Positions 20,716 to 29,552 of a DNA stretch of 64,000 nt are shown here, piece by piece. Source of the DNA: an uncultured Gammaproteobacteria bacterium (lineage in GTDB: Bacteria > Patescibacteriota > Microgenomatia > Woykebacterales > RBG-16-39-9b); contig CAYHXX010000001.1 of NCBI GenBank assembly GCA_964360785.1, positions 9,334 to 73,333 of the forward strand, given 5' to 3'. Position 1 is the first letter of the stretch; each line of letters starts with the position of its first letter. Position numbers and translations under genes: made by a program. The notes under the pieces were generated by a model. It saw nothing but the letters and a program-made list of their open reading frames with translations. It was not told the origin of the DNA and did not search any database.

Positions 20716-21012
20716 ATGTCCAAGCCGCGGATTCCGAACTCGCATAAAATTCAGTTCATATATTCCGATGAGCAATGGCGTCGGTTAGAACGGCTCTGTG
20801 AGCTATCGGAGAGAACTTCAAAGGTGGATGCCGATAGAGAAGCTCAGCGTGTATATGAGCACATTCTCGAAGCAGTTCTGGAAGGAAAAAGAGTTCTTGT
20901 TGAAGACACTGCCACTGGGGAACGTGTTGAACTCTTAACCACTGACATGATGTCCCTGCGTTTGAAAGTCGAAAGAGGGGAAGCAGACCATTTTCGAAGA
21001 CCACCATCCTAA
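20716..21012 (+). CDS. Ribbon-helix-helix (CopG-like) DNA-binding protein
   Basis: Alternating strand KIQFIYS followed by two helices; GAGGAGGAGG SD; terminator over the 3' end. Confidence 0.55.
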   Translation: MSKPRIPNSHKIQFIYSDEQWRRLERLCELSERTSKVDADREAQRVYEHILEAVLEGKRVLVEDTATGERVELLTTDMMSLRLKVERGEADHFRRPPS

Positions 21013-21055
21013 CAGCGGTGGTCTTCTTCTTTCTGTGTTAAAATAATGCCAAATT

Positions 21056-21814
21056 ATGTCAGGACACAGCAAATGGTCAACAATCAAGCGTGCAAAGGGG
21101 GCTAACGACGCTAAACGCGGTCAGGCTTTCACAAAGGCTTCTAAACTCATTACCATAGCAGCTCGAGATGGAGCTAGCCCAGACAACAACTTCAAGTTAC
21201 GTTTGGCTGTTGAAGCCGCTCGGGCAATCAATATGCCTAAGGAGAATATTGAACGGGCGATTACTCGGGCAACTGGGGCGGATGGCTCAAAAGTACTAGA
21301 AGAACATGTCTATGAGGGCTATGGTCCGGCTGGTGTGGCTTTATTGATAGAGGTGGTTACTGATAACAAAATGCGCACCGGTTCAGAGATACGCTCGATT
21401 CTTGACAAGAGTGGGGGAAACCTCGCTGGTCCGGGAAGCGTCGCTTACAATTTTAAAGCAATTGGTGCAATTTCTGTCAATATTGCTGGAAAAGACCCCG
21501 ACGAGCTGTTTTTGTTGGCGGCTGATAGTGGAGCAGAAGATATCATAACCGAGTCTGAAGAATCCACAGTTTATTGTAAACCAGAAGATCTTGTGAAAGT
21601 CAAAGAGGCGATAGTTACCGCTGGTTATGATATAACTAGTGCTGAGGTTATCAAGGAAGCCACGAATACAATTAAGATTACTGACGAGGGCCAAGCCAAA
21701 AGTATTCTCAACTTAATTGAAAAACTAGAGGACTCAGATGACGTCCAAAAAGTTTACGCGAATTTTGACATTTCTGAGAGTCTTCTACAACGGAATGCAG
21801 AGCTTATTAGCTAA
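21056..21814 (+). CDS. yebC: YebC/PmpR family protein
   Basis: MSGHSKWSTIKR, YEGYGP.GV, TDN..RT, LED.DDVQ.VY.N. Confidence 0.97.
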   Translation: MSGHSKWSTIKRAKGANDAKRGQAFTKASKLITIAARDGASPDNNFKLRLAVEAARAINMPKENIERAITRATGADGSKVLEEHVYEGYGPAGVALLIEVVTDNKMRTGSEIRSILDKSGGNLAGPGSVAYNFKAIGAISVNIAGKDPDELFLLAADSGAEDIITESEESTVYCKPEDLVKVKEAIVTAGYDITSAEVIKEATNTIKITDEGQAKSILNLIEKLEDSDDVQKVYANFDISESLLQRNAELIS

Positions 21815-21833
21815 AGACCTACATCTTTAATTT

Positions 21834-22358
21834 ATGTTAATCCTTGGAATTGATCCTGGAACTGCCACTACAGGTTGGGGAGTTCTCAAAGTCGAGGGTA
21901 CAAACGGAAAAACCAAATTTATTGCCCGCAATTACGGTTGTATTCTGACTGACAAAAACCGGGAAATGCAGTATCGATTACTTACTTTGAATGATGGTAT
22001 TAGCAACTTGGTCAAAGAATATAGGCCAGATATCATGGTGGTTGAACAGATTTTCTTTGGAGCCAACGCGACAACTGCGATTTCAGTTGGACAGGCGAGG
22101 GGCGCCATACTCCTAGCCGCAGCGCAGAGCCATGTTCCGGTTTTTGAGTACACCGGCCTAACGGTCAAATTGATGGTAGCTGGTCATGGTCGTTCTGATA
22201 AACAGCAGGTTCAAGATGCGGTTTTGAAACATTTGGGTCTAAAGGAACTACACACTGCAAAGAATCAGGCTGGCAAGGAAGTTTTCCGTTTTCGTGATGA
22301 TGCCTACGACGCTCTCGCACTAGCTATCTGCCATGTGCTAAAATCAAACGCACTCTAG
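21834..22358 (+). CDS. ruvC: Holliday junction resolvase RuvC
   Basis: ILGIDPG...TGWG, VEQIFF, GQARG, DDAYDALALAICH; follows yebC. Confidence 0.96.
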   Translation: MLILGIDPGTATTGWGVLKVEGTNGKTKFIARNYGCILTDKNREMQYRLLTLNDGISNLVKEYRPDIMVVEQIFFGANATTAISVGQARGAILLAAAQSHVPVFEYTGLTVKLMVAGHGRSDKQQVQDAVLKHLGLKELHTAKNQAGKEVFRFRDDAYDALALAICHVLKSNAL

Positions 22359-22360
22359 CT

Positions 22361-23137
22361 ATGTTTCTAACAAAACGAGTAAAAATTTCCATCATTACAG
22401 TCCTTCTCAGCTTGTCGTTATTTTGTTTTCCTTTTGTCGATGCTAATCTAAAAATTTATTATTTGGGAGCAATTGTAGTTGCTAGTTATTTGCTTTCTGT
22501 TTGGTCGATCTATCGGGATCTGCATGGCTTTGAATTTATCAATTTGTTTGTCCTACCAGTACTTTTGACACTTAGTTTTGGTCTATTCATCTATCAATTC
22601 ACACCCGGACCTGAGATTAGATTGTTACTTTCTATAGTTTATGGAGTCGTTGTTTATATAAATCTACTGGCCGAAAATATTTTCAATGTTTCAGCGGAGA
22701 GAAATATACCTTTGCTGAGGGCGGCAAGAACAGTCGGTTACCTGGTAACTCTTTTTGTTTCCTTTGCATTCTTTTCTTTGCTTTATGGTTTGGGTCTTTC
22801 TTGGTGGGTTTTAACTGTAGTATCTTTTCTGATCGGAATACTTATTTTTGCCCAAGCTGTCTGGCAAGTCGAACTTGAAGAAACTTTAAGTAGAGAACTA
22901 ATTATCGTTAGTTTAGTTTCCGGACTGCTACTTTCCCAACTTGCTGCTGCCTTGGCGTTTTGGCCGCTGACTCCACCAAAAGTCGGGCTTGCAATGACAG
23001 CAATGGTATACGTGACTTTGGGTATACTGCAACATATGATTCAAAAAGATCTGACAAAGAGAGCTGCCTTTGAATATGTCTTTCTGGCTCTTAGTGTTTT
23101 CCTCTTTCTTATCGTCACCACTACTTGGGGAATCTAG
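22361..23137 (+). CDS. Polytopic membrane protein
   Basis: Many TM helices; NIFNVSAERNIPLLRAA motif. Confidence 0.75.
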   Translation: MFLTKRVKISIITVLLSLSLFCFPFVDANLKIYYLGAIVVASYLLSVWSIYRDLHGFEFINLFVLPVLLTLSFGLFIYQFTPGPEIRLLLSIVYGVVVYINLLAENIFNVSAERNIPLLRAARTVGYLVTLFVSFAFFSLLYGLGLSWWVLTVVSFLIGILIFAQAVWQVELEETLSRELIIVSLVSGLLLSQLAAALAFWPLTPPKVGLAMTAMVYVTLGILQHMIQKDLTKRAAFEYVFLALSVFLFLIVTTTWGI

Positions 23138-23323
23138 AACTTCTTATTTGACCAAATTGCTCTGACAAACTATAATTCGAAATTAGTGAGCCACACTACG
23201 GAGTGAGGCTGCTTTGGGTGAACAGGGAGGTGCGATTGGGCGAAGAAAGAACGAGTCGCAACACAGACAGGGGGAGTACCGTCTAGTGTGACGGTCGGAT
23301 CTCAACTCATGGAGGAGTTGACC

Positions 23324-23536
23324 ATGACGGCGTATCCGTTTAAGCCGGGTCCAGGACTGCCACTATCAGGGCAGCCAGGCAGATCATCGAGTTCTCAAAG
23401 TGGTGGAAACTGCTCCCAGCAGTTGCCCACCTACGTCAGGTCCCTTCGAGATGGTATCGTGCTCGGTCGCGCTACCACACAGGAAGAACTCAGCGCCCTC
23501 GAATTGAGCCGCGCCGAGTACGACAAAAAGCCTTAG
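23324..23536 (+). CDS. Small hypothetical protein inside a long structured transcript
   Basis: GGAGGAG SD, ATG at 23324, promoter TTGACC(23148)-17 bp-TATAAT(23171), terminator 23593-23633. Confidence 0.4.
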   Translation: MTAYPFKPGPGLPLSGQPGRSSSSQSGGNCSQQLPTYVRSLRDGIVLGRATTQEELSALELSRAEYDKKP

Positions 23537-24036
23537 GACAAAAACCTGCAGGTTGTCCTAGTGCTCACCACAATCGAATAGCTCATCTTTTTGCGGTCCG
23601 GGAACTTCGAGAGTCTCGGACCGCCATCTTTTTATCAAGTAGAGCAGTGTGATCCAGAAACCAGAAATATAGAATATCAGATTCGCTATAGTTGTACATA
23701 CAAGTGGGAGTGAAAAACATTGTTAGTCAATACAACAAACTTGTAACAAAAATTAACGATATTAAAAGTCAGAGTGGAGGAGTGGGATGAGTAGAGAGAG
23801 AAATTTTATAACAATACTATAAGACTAGGTGATATAGTATGATATAGTCTTTCCACGTGTGGAAAGAATACTATAGGGTCTAAGTCTGGTGGGAAAGTCG
23901 ACTCGTAAAAAACCCGAAAGACCTTTCGGTTGCTGTTGAACCATGCAAAGAATCTTGTCCCTCCACCCTTCTCTCCAAAACTACTGGGATAGTAATTTTT
24001 ATTGCACACTCCTTTCTCTTGGTATCGGTGGTAAAT

Positions 24037-24045
24037 TGTGGATAA
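24037..24045 (-). promoter_or_regulatory. Consensus DnaA box
   Basis: TGTGGATAA is the reverse complement of TTATCCACA; isolated copy. Confidence 0.35.
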
Positions 24046-24379
24046 CTTTTGCACAAGCCGAAGTCGAGTGCTAAGTCCATATTGGTTTTAGCCTCAAATT
24101 TACATTTATCTAATGCAATTTGTACCTATAGAACAAGCAATTTCGGATCTCCTCGCATCGTCTTCAAGGACGTTACTAGGTTTAGTTAAAGCAATACTTT
24201 TGCCTTGGTTATAGTCGAGCCGCTGTAAGGCCCTAGAAGGCATTTTTATACTTGGAGTAATAAAGTAAGTAGTCTGTGCAAAAGAGAGTGTAAAGAAAGT
24301 TTTGTGTAAATGTTATTTTGATAGACCTGGTAATACCTCTTCTCCCGGTCAGTAAGGCGCCTCAGCTTCAAATGTTAAT

Positions 24380-24407
24380 ACGTCGCACAATGTATCTTAT
24401 GCGACGT
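24380..24407. other. dif-like chromosome dimer resolution site
   Basis: ACGTCGCACAA-TGTATC-TTATGCGACGT has the 11-6-11 layout and resembles E. coli dif GGTGCGCATAA-TGTATA-TTATGTTAAAT; lies at the gene-orientation switch. Confidence 0.75.
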
Positions 24408-24700
24408 CAGATAGAGCTCCCTACCGATCGATGTTTTTAAAATTTTCTGTGCTTTCCTACTGCGCCTTGACTACAAAAGAATTAAATCAAAAAATGTTTT
24501 CTAAATTCTCTATTTTCTGGTTGGTCTAAAATTTATAAATTTCCAGTTGTGGCTGAAAATTACTAATTGGCTGCTATAGAAGGCAAAAACTTAAATTTGC
24601 TCATTTTAACCCCTTCCCCGTCCTTTAGGAAAAATGGACCTATAATTATCAAAATAGACTGACATACCAAGCAAAAATACCAAAATTAGCCTCAAAAATA

Positions 24701-24860
24701 AAAACGCCCGGTTCCGGTTTAGCCGTGAACTAGGCGTTCAGAGACGCAATTTTCCATGTGTCAGACCAGATTTCCGCCAGTTCAAGCTTCAAGAGGTCGT
24801 CGCGCAAGGGTTTCATCCGCCTTGCCTCCTAGCTGAGATCTCTACCTCGTGCCAATTACA
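24701..24860 (-). ncRNA. Candidate structured ncRNA (possibly 6S-like)
   Basis: GC-rich patch in an AT-rich gap; nested stems GCAAGG/CCTTGC, GAGG/CCTC, AGCT/AGCT; terminator hairpin plus U-tract. Confidence 0.45.
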
Positions 24861-24923
24861 ACAAAGTTTTACAAATTTTGCAAGATTGCTTTCCAAACAT
24901 GTTTTGTCTATTCTTAAATTTCT

Positions 24924-25304
24924 ATGAAAAGTTTTAAACAAAACTATTTGATAAAAGCTCCAGTTGAAAAAGTTTGGCAGGCACTGGTTGCTCCGAAGAT
25001 CATTGAACAGTGGTCGGGTTCCAAAGCAGTGATGTCAGATCAGGTTGGTGCAAAGTTTGAGCTATGGGATGGCGATATGTTTGGTACCAACGCTGAAGTT
25101 ATTGCAAATAAAAAATTAGTCCAAGACTGGTTCGGTGGTGATTGGCCGGAACCGTCGAAAGTGACTTTCAACCTTTCAGAAAAGGATGGTGTTACCGAAG
25201 TTGAGTTGGTGCATGAAAATCTGCCTGATAAGGAAGCCTCTGATTTTGAGTCTGGTTGGCGTAATTATTATCTCGGCTCAATTAAGAAAATGCTTGAAGG
25301 ATAA
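24924..25304 (+). CDS. SRPBCC (AHA1-like) domain protein
   Basis: IKAPVEKVWQAL, PSKVTF.L, VELVHEN, GWRNYY. Confidence 0.9.
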   Translation: MKSFKQNYLIKAPVEKVWQALVAPKIIEQWSGSKAVMSDQVGAKFELWDGDMFGTNAEVIANKKLVQDWFGGDWPEPSKVTFNLSEKDGVTEVELVHENLPDKEASDFESGWRNYYLGSIKKMLEG

Positions 25305-25337
25305 AGAGAATCGCTTGCCCAGGTTCTGAACAAGCGA

Positions 25338-26099
25338 TCAGCAGTCAATGTTACCGGCAAATACTTGTGTGTAGTAGTACTTATCTCCAACCTTTGCTAC
25401 ACCAATTCCCAACTTTTCATAGTGACAACCGAGAATGATTTCCCTATGACCATCGCTTTTCATTAAATCATCCATGGCAGCTTCAATGGTCTCGGCATTT
25501 ATGTAGTTGTTCATGGCAAGGTTTTCACCTTCCCATCCGCCTAGATACTGAGCATAATCTAGTAGGCAGAAAGAAGGACAACCGTTGGGTGGGTTATGGC
25601 TGAAATAGTTGTTTTTGGCCATGTCTTCTGATCTGTAGATTGCTACTTTTGTCAAAACTGGGTCAACCTCAAGAGGCTGAAGGTTGTTGAGTTCCCGTTG
25701 ATAGTTGACCAGCTCGACCATATCTTTTTCCAACTCCTCTTCTCGTGTTACTGTTGGTGTCGGAGTAGCTGTTGGAGTTGGAGTCATCGTAGATACTTCT
25801 GGGAGGGTGGTCTTTTGCAGGCTCTCGACGATTACCCCTCCATCATTGGATTGGTTGCTCTGTTCACCAGCAATTGCAGCGACTAGGTTTGGTATCCCAA
25901 CCAGTACAATGAGGAGCAAACATACAAACGACAACAGGTAGTCCGTAGTCGGTGTGTCCCGGCTCTTATCTCTCAAGTTGTATGGATACGACGTTTTCTT
26001 CTTGGCTGCAGAAGCTGTCGCTTGCTCTTCTACTTTCCTCTCTTCTTCCGGTCTCTTCTTTGGTTCCTTGGGCATTCGTGGTGGACGCAAGAAAGCCAA
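25338..26099 (-). CDS. Membrane-anchored CAP/SCP domain protein
   Basis: TM helix, TP linker, VNYQR, SEDMAKNNYFSH, GENLA, S.GHREIIL, GIGVA, YTQVF. Confidence 0.88.
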   Translation of the reverse strand: MAFLRPPRMPKEPKKRPEEERKVEEQATASAAKKKTSYPYNLRDKSRDTPTTDYLLSFVCLLLIVLVGIPNLVAAIAGEQSNQSNDGGVIVESLQKTTLPEVSTMTPTPTATPTPTVTREEELEKDMVELVNYQRELNNLQPLEVDPVLTKVAIYRSEDMAKNNYFSHNPPNGCPSFCLLDYAQYLGGWEGENLAMNNYINAETIEAAMDDLMKSDGHREIILGCHYEKLGIGVAKVGDKYYYTQVFAGNIDC

Positions 26100-26177
26100 A
26101 GTGCACCTCCTTGATTGAAGTTATTATACCTAAACTGAACAAGTAAACAAGGGAAAAAAGTTTGAATTATCCAGGGA

Positions 26178-26750
26178 TTACTTGGTTGGATTTGGTTGAG
26201 GGTTGCTACGACCAATTTCGTAAAAATAAGTTGGTCCCCAGGGTGTGTTTAGTTCTGGATTTTCGTCAACAAATATTGGTGTCCAGTTTGTAAAAGGAAA
26301 AGAAGGAGCGATTACTAGAGTTCCAGGTTTTAGTTCAGTAAGTAACTTCTCCTCCAGCAATTCATTTGTTTGTTCTGTCAGGTAAATCAGGCAAACTGTC
26401 GCCTCGGAAAGGTCAACATCAAACAAATTTTTATTGAGAAAAGTTACTTTGTCGGAAAGGCGCAGAATAAAGCTTTGGTACAGACTGTAGAAATAGCGGA
26501 GTTTGTCGATCTCGATCCCAACTGCTTTGCAATGGTAGGTTAGTGCGGTAGCGATTGGTATTCGCCCATCCCCGCTTCCCAAATCGTAGAGAATATCCCC
26601 TTCTTTTAGTTTCGCCAAACGCAAAATACGCTCTACCACCGGATGTTCCATCGCAACATACGGGGCGCCATGATCGGAAGCATTGTATTTCCAATATTGG
26701 TAGACGAAAAATCCAATGACGATAGCTATGAGGGCAGTGATTGCGTACAC
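26178..26750 (-). CDS. Class I SAM-dependent methyltransferase with N-terminal TM helix
   Basis: GAPYV, YDLGSGDGR, GIEID, ELKPGT. Confidence 0.9.
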   Translation of the reverse strand: MYAITALIAIVIGFFVYQYWKYNASDHGAPYVAMEHPVVERILRLAKLKEGDILYDLGSGDGRIPIATALTYHCKAVGIEIDKLRYFYSLYQSFILRLSDKVTFLNKNLFDVDLSEATVCLIYLTEQTNELLEEKLLTELKPGTLVIAPSFPFTNWTPIFVDENPELNTPWGPTYFYEIGRSNPQPNPTK

Positions 26751-26765
26751 AACTATTAATATACT

Positions 26766-26985
26766 ACTTCTTTTGTTTCGGCAAAAGAAGTATCAAGAAA
26801 ATCCGACCCTTGCACTTCGTCAGCGGTTGAACATAAGCAAAAAAGCTCGGAAACTTCTGGAATTCCTTAACAGTCAGTTCCAGCTTTCTCTTCGCTTTTT
26901 TACAAGTTCAAAAAGGCTGACTTTGCTAGAGGGCTTTACGCTGCTCGCAATGGCGGTATAAGTTCAAAGACGCTGACTTCGCTAT
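26766..26985 (+). repeat. Dispersed structured repeat, copy 1 (shorter)
   Basis: Shares AAAAAGCTCGGAAACTTCTGGAATTCC, GTCAGTTCCAGCTTTCTCTTCGCTTTTTA and the terminal ACTTCTTTTG..AAAAGAAGT hairpin with the - strand of 38680-39034. Confidence 0.85.
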
Positions 26986-27042
26986 AGGGGTTAATTTTGG
27001 AAAAAAGAAACCGTCGGGGTGGCGACGGTTGTTAGATTCTGA

Positions 27043-27294
27043 TTAGTATCCCAAGTATATAGCCAAGGTGACTGTACTTGCCACAATGCAGAAGATTGTT
27101 GCTTGGTTGGCAGTGAGTTTGGATTTTTTGGCCAGAGTTACACCGATTAGTATGTATAGATCCACTGTTCCAATCCAGAAGTTAAATACATTACTATATA
27201 CAGAGGCTGTAACGAAGCTGGCTAGAGTCATCCCGAGTAGGATGTACATCCATGCCCAGACGTCTCCCCACAATCTTCTACCTAGAGATTGCAT
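27043..27294 (-). CDS. Small membrane protein
   Basis: 83 aa, about three hydrophobic segments, GGAGGTG SD, terminator. Confidence 0.6.
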   Translation of the reverse strand: MQSLGRRLWGDVWAWMYILLGMTLASFVTASVYSNVFNFWIGTVDLYILIGVTLAKKSKLTANQATIFCIVASTVTLAIYLGY

Positions 27295-27364
27295 TTCTCA
27301 CCTCCAGACTTCTCCAACTGAGTTTAGCAAATATAGATTTTTGAGTAAAGAAAAACCGCTGTGG

Positions 27365-27808
27365 TCAGTCAGCGGCTGGTGGGGTTTGCTTTGCGGCCTC
27401 GAACTCATGAAGAGCTTGTGCCAAATCATCTATATCTGTGAACAGCTTGCCTTCTTCTATTCTTGCGATTCGAAACGGTGTTGTCACGTTGATTGAGGGG
27501 AAGACAAAACCGTAAACAGGTATCTTGTGTATCTCAGCTAGTATCTGCTCGTTGGTACGGCCGTCTGAAGCAGTTGAGAGGTCGGCAACCACGACATCAA
27601 AGTCGTGTGTTGCGAAGAAATCTTCTACTTCAGCCAGAATTCTTCTTGCTCCCGCATGATCCGTTTTCCAGTCCCTTTCCTCGTAGACTCCTCGGTCCAA
27701 CGCGCTGGTGACATTGAAACCCCGGTTTCTCAACGCATTTACTGCGTATTCGATTCTCTCATTTTGTCCAGGTCTGCCGATGCGGCCGATGACGTAGATC
27801 CGTAGCAT
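27365..27808 (-). CDS. Nucleoside 2-deoxyribosyltransferase-like protein
   Basis: IYVIG, LRNRGFNV, DVVVADL...SDG..NE...A....IPV pattern; GGAGG SD before ATG at 27808. Confidence 0.65.
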   Translation of the reverse strand: MLRIYVIGRIGRPGQNERIEYAVNALRNRGFNVTSALDRGVYEERDWKTDHAGARRILAEVEDFFATHDFDVVVADLSTASDGRTNEQILAEIHKIPVYGFVFPSINVTTPFRIARIEEGKLFTDIDDLAQALHEFEAAKQTPPAAD

Positions 27809-27987
27809 GGTCGCCTCCAATCATGCTCGGGATTATAGCAGTAAAGTGTAGAATTGTGAACACAGCTGAGTAATTCCTATAGCTCTTTAATATCCGACTT
27901 ATAACTATTGACAAGAAGTTTGGAAGTGGTTTAGACTAATTGGTAAGGAGGACCTCTGACACTGCCTAGTCACGTTATTTTTAAACC

Positions 27988-28479
27988 ATGAAAATCTCAA
28001 ACCGAGAAATTATTATTGCAGCCATAGCCATCCTAGTACTACTTGGTATAGGATACTTTATAAACAACAATTCCAAGGACAACAAAAAAGAAGAGACCAA
28101 GCAAGAAGACAAGGTAAACTTGGATGACTCTGGTAGTACTGACGAAAACAAGGACGACCAGAGCAAAGACGAAGAGGAAAAAGAAGCCCAAGGTGTCATT
28201 TCGACTGATCCAAAATCCGGTGCTGAGGTTACCCTCGCTTCTGCTCCAAAAGATGTTGTGATCAAGTTTGATAAAGAAATCGCTGGCGGATCAGAAATAA
28301 CGGTAGTTTCAGACAAGAATGTCGATGTCGTGACTGCTGGGAACAAAATCACCGCTGACTTGAAGCAACTCTCTGCGCCAGTGAGTATTTCTGTTGCTGG
28401 TACCTACACAGTAGCCTACAAGATCAACTGGAAAGACGGAACTAAGAGTGACGGAAGCTACAAGTTCACAGTCAAGTAA
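27988..28479 (+). CDS. Membrane-anchored CopC-like domain protein
   Basis: STDP..GA....AP..V.IKF, GTYTVAY, DG...GSY.FTV. Confidence 0.75.
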   Translation: MKISNREIIIAAIAILVLLGIGYFINNNSKDNKKEETKQEDKVNLDDSGSTDENKDDQSKDEEEKEAQGVISTDPKSGAEVTLASAPKDVVIKFDKEIAGGSEITVVSDKNVDVVTAGNKITADLKQLSAPVSISVAGTYTVAYKINWKDGTKSDGSYKFTVK

Positions 28480-28504
28480 GTAAGCTGACTAAATTTGGGC
28501 ATAT

Positions 28505-28534
28505 AAAAAGCTCCTTCTGATGAGGGAGCTTTTT
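28505..28534. terminator. Bidirectional intrinsic terminator
   Basis: AAAAAGCTCCTTC..GAGGGAGCTTTTT between convergent genes. Confidence 0.75.
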
Positions 28535-28637
28535 GGTTCTACAGATAAGTTCTTTCGGATATATTTTCGGGAGTTTATTTGGGTCGTGTGGGGCGGCAGC
28601 GTTGCTGGTTTAGCTTTGCTGCCTGCCCCTGAGACCT

Positions 28638-29390
28638 CTACTCCTTCTGAAATTCGCTCGGTGTCCAGAAGACGGTGTCTGTCGGCAGATCAATGTACTC
28701 GGCCATACTCGCAGAAGTGAATCCTGAGTAGTAGTGGCCGTCTGGGGCCATGGTCGATTCGGTAGCTATTGTGACTTTCATGCCGCCGTAGCCGAGTTGC
28801 GCACCTCCGTATTTGCCGATGAACCAGGGATCTCCGGCAGGGCTGCGACGCAAGACGAAATTGTAGGCCAGCTTGGCTTTATCACCTGGCTGGAAGTCGG
28901 GCTTGTAGCGCTCGCCGACTTCTGAGATTCGGAACAGGAGAAACTGCTTGTCGTCGAGCCCGAAATCATAACCCTCGGTATAGACCGACCCTTGTACAAC
29001 ATGGATTGGCAGGACCCAGTAGCCTTTGGTCTGATCGTTATGGCCGTGCAGGGTTGGTTCGCCAATAAGCTGAACGATGTCATGGTCCTGGACGCGATGA
29101 CCCTCGAAAGTGCAGTGCTTGAGAACGGGCATGTCCTTGTAGCAGTCAATCTGACCGGTGCCGAAAACCTCGTAATAGGCGCCGACGACGTACTTTTGCG
29201 TCAGTGCCGGTGTCGTTGCATCAGGCGCTGCTGTTGGTTCTGCACTTAATGCAGTTGTGCCATTGTCCTTGCCTAGGTTCTTCGTATCGTCATGGACGCC
29301 GATGGCAAAGGCAGCGATAAGGACGATTGCCACTACCGCCGCAATGATTCCGAAGACAGCTTCCCCTGGGGTTACCCGTCTTAGTCTCAT
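28638..29390 (-). CDS. Membrane-anchored hypothetical protein (GC-rich)
   Basis: 250 aa, N-terminal TM helix, A/T/P linker, AAGGAGGG SD. Confidence 0.7.
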   Translation of the reverse strand: MRLRRVTPGEAVFGIIAAVVAIVLIAAFAIGVHDDTKNLGKDNGTTALSAEPTAAPDATTPALTQKYVVGAYYEVFGTGQIDCYKDMPVLKHCTFEGHRVQDHDIVQLIGEPTLHGHNDQTKGYWVLPIHVVQGSVYTEGYDFGLDDKQFLLFRISEVGERYKPDFQPGDKAKLAYNFVLRRSPAGDPWFIGKYGGAQLGYGGMKVTIATESTMAPDGHYYSGFTSASMAEYIDLPTDTVFWTPSEFQKE

Positions 29391-29552
29391 AATCCCCTCC
29401 TTGGGCTAGAGTTGATCCTTCCCGATTTCTTGGTTGAATTATAACTTATGGAGTAAAGTTGGAGTAATTAAATTTTAGTAATTTCAATTTTGAGTGTAGG
29501 TAAAAAAGAAGGTTCTCTGAGGCAGCCGAGCTGTTTGCTCAGGATGGCAACC

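Noticed and set aside
23848-23867. parS site (TCTTTCCAC-GT-GTGGAAAGA)
   Set aside because: Two extra central bases and different flanks relative to the 16-bp parS consensus.
23806-24080. Two overlapping - strand ORFs in the gap
   Set aside because: No SD or recognisable motif; probably spurious.
23640-24700. oriC, given the DnaA box and AT-rich gap
   Set aside because: Only one perfect box, no dnaA or dnaN, genes converge here instead of diverging, and a dif-like site is present.
28505-28534. Hammerhead ribozyme (CTGATGAG)
   Set aside because: The motif is the tip of a terminator hairpin, with no matching GAAA or three-stem core.
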